Position numbers and translations under genes: made by a program. This document shows, piece by piece, positions 63,701-64,000 of a DNA stretch of 64,000 nucleotides (the first letter of the stretch is position 1; every line of letters starts with the position of its first letter). The stretch comes from Catajapyx aquilonaris (lineage: Eukaryota), in the NCBI GenBank assembly GCA_000934665.2, contig KZ538495.1, positions 1 through 64,000 of the forward strand, read 5' to 3'. The notes under the pieces were generated by a model. The model saw only the letters and a list, made by a program, of their open reading frames with translations. It ran no database searches and was not told the DNA's origin.

Positions 63701-64000
63701 GATGCAGTATCTCATAGTTTTATGCAATTATTCTCCATTTGCAATGAATATTTTTATCAAGCACTATTTTTTAAACATGTTTGGACCTCAACCAGTGTTT
63801 ATTTCTTAACACAGATCCAGGTGCTGATGCTTCTGTTTGTGGAATGGCTTCAACTAGTGCATCCGGCACCAACGCTGTGCGATATGGGACTATGCGGGAG
63901 AATGTGATGAACTTGGAAGTTGTGCTACCTGATGGAAGTGTCTGCCACACAGCAGGAGAAGGTCGACACACTCGCAAGTCCTCTGCAGGATACAATCTGA
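60764..64000 (+). CDS. LDHD: Mitochondrial D-lactate dehydrogenase (FAD-binding PCMH-type), 5' part, truncated by the window end. Exons: 60764..60766, 60846..60929, 61793..62038, 62148..62289, 63815..>64000
   Basis: The spliced product contains [107 protein letters not shown] and RKSSAGYNL, all characteristic of LDHD. The N-terminus is R/S/A-rich, like a mitochondrial presequence. All introns are GT-AG and in frame. Confidence 0.93.
61062..61145. mobile_element. 84-bp piggyBac-like mini element in LDHD intron 2
   Basis: Ends are TTAA-cacttaactagtaaggtggggtc and gaccccaccttactagttaagtg-TTAA (perfect 23-bp TIRs). An internal palindrome ggggtcatttttgacccc is present. Confidence 0.8.
62820..63072. 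mobile_element. Degenerate inverted repeat, probable old MITE remnant in an LDHD intron
   Basis: tgaagacgtcaggggaagaacgatcaaggtccac (62820..62853) pairs with gtggactttgatcgttcttcccccaaggtcttca (63039..63072) with a few mismatches. True termini and TSD are not visible. Confidence 0.5.

Overview
This is eukaryotic genomic DNA with GT-AG introns, very probably from an arthropod, since it carries an R&R cuticle protein and a myosuppressin-type receptor. Five spliced protein-coding genes can be reconstructed by hand: (1) a myosuppressin-receptor-like class A GPCR (- strand, 3952..1430, 3 coding exons); (2) MZT1/MOZART1 (+, 5604..5816), lying antisense to the GPCR's 5' region; (3) an RR-2 chitin-binding cuticle protein with a long Q/P/V/H-rich tail (+, about 52022..54543), whose diagnostic domain is split across exons and invisible in the ORF track; (4) an SLC52A riboflavin transporter (+, 58156..60041); (5) the 5' part of mitochondrial D-lactate dehydrogenase LDHD (+, from 60764, truncated by the window end). 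About 9-52 kb has no recognisable coding sequence and retains CpG, whereas the gene blocks at both ends are CpG-depleted, a pattern consistent with mosaic gene-body methylation. Mobile DNA comprises four tRNA-derived SINEs with target-site duplications clustered at 4.2-8.3 kb and five MITE-like elements with TA or TTAA flanks (Tc1/mariner/pogo-like, Kolobok/T2-like, piggyBac-like). There is also a near-perfect hairpin and several tandem repeats. I found no CRISPR array, rRNA or true tRNA, and no convincing wholly new biological system. The best leads are the antisense or nested GPCR/MZT1 arrangement, the hidden cuticle gene, the modular SINE family and the large fold-back elements. All calls were made by eye, without database searches.
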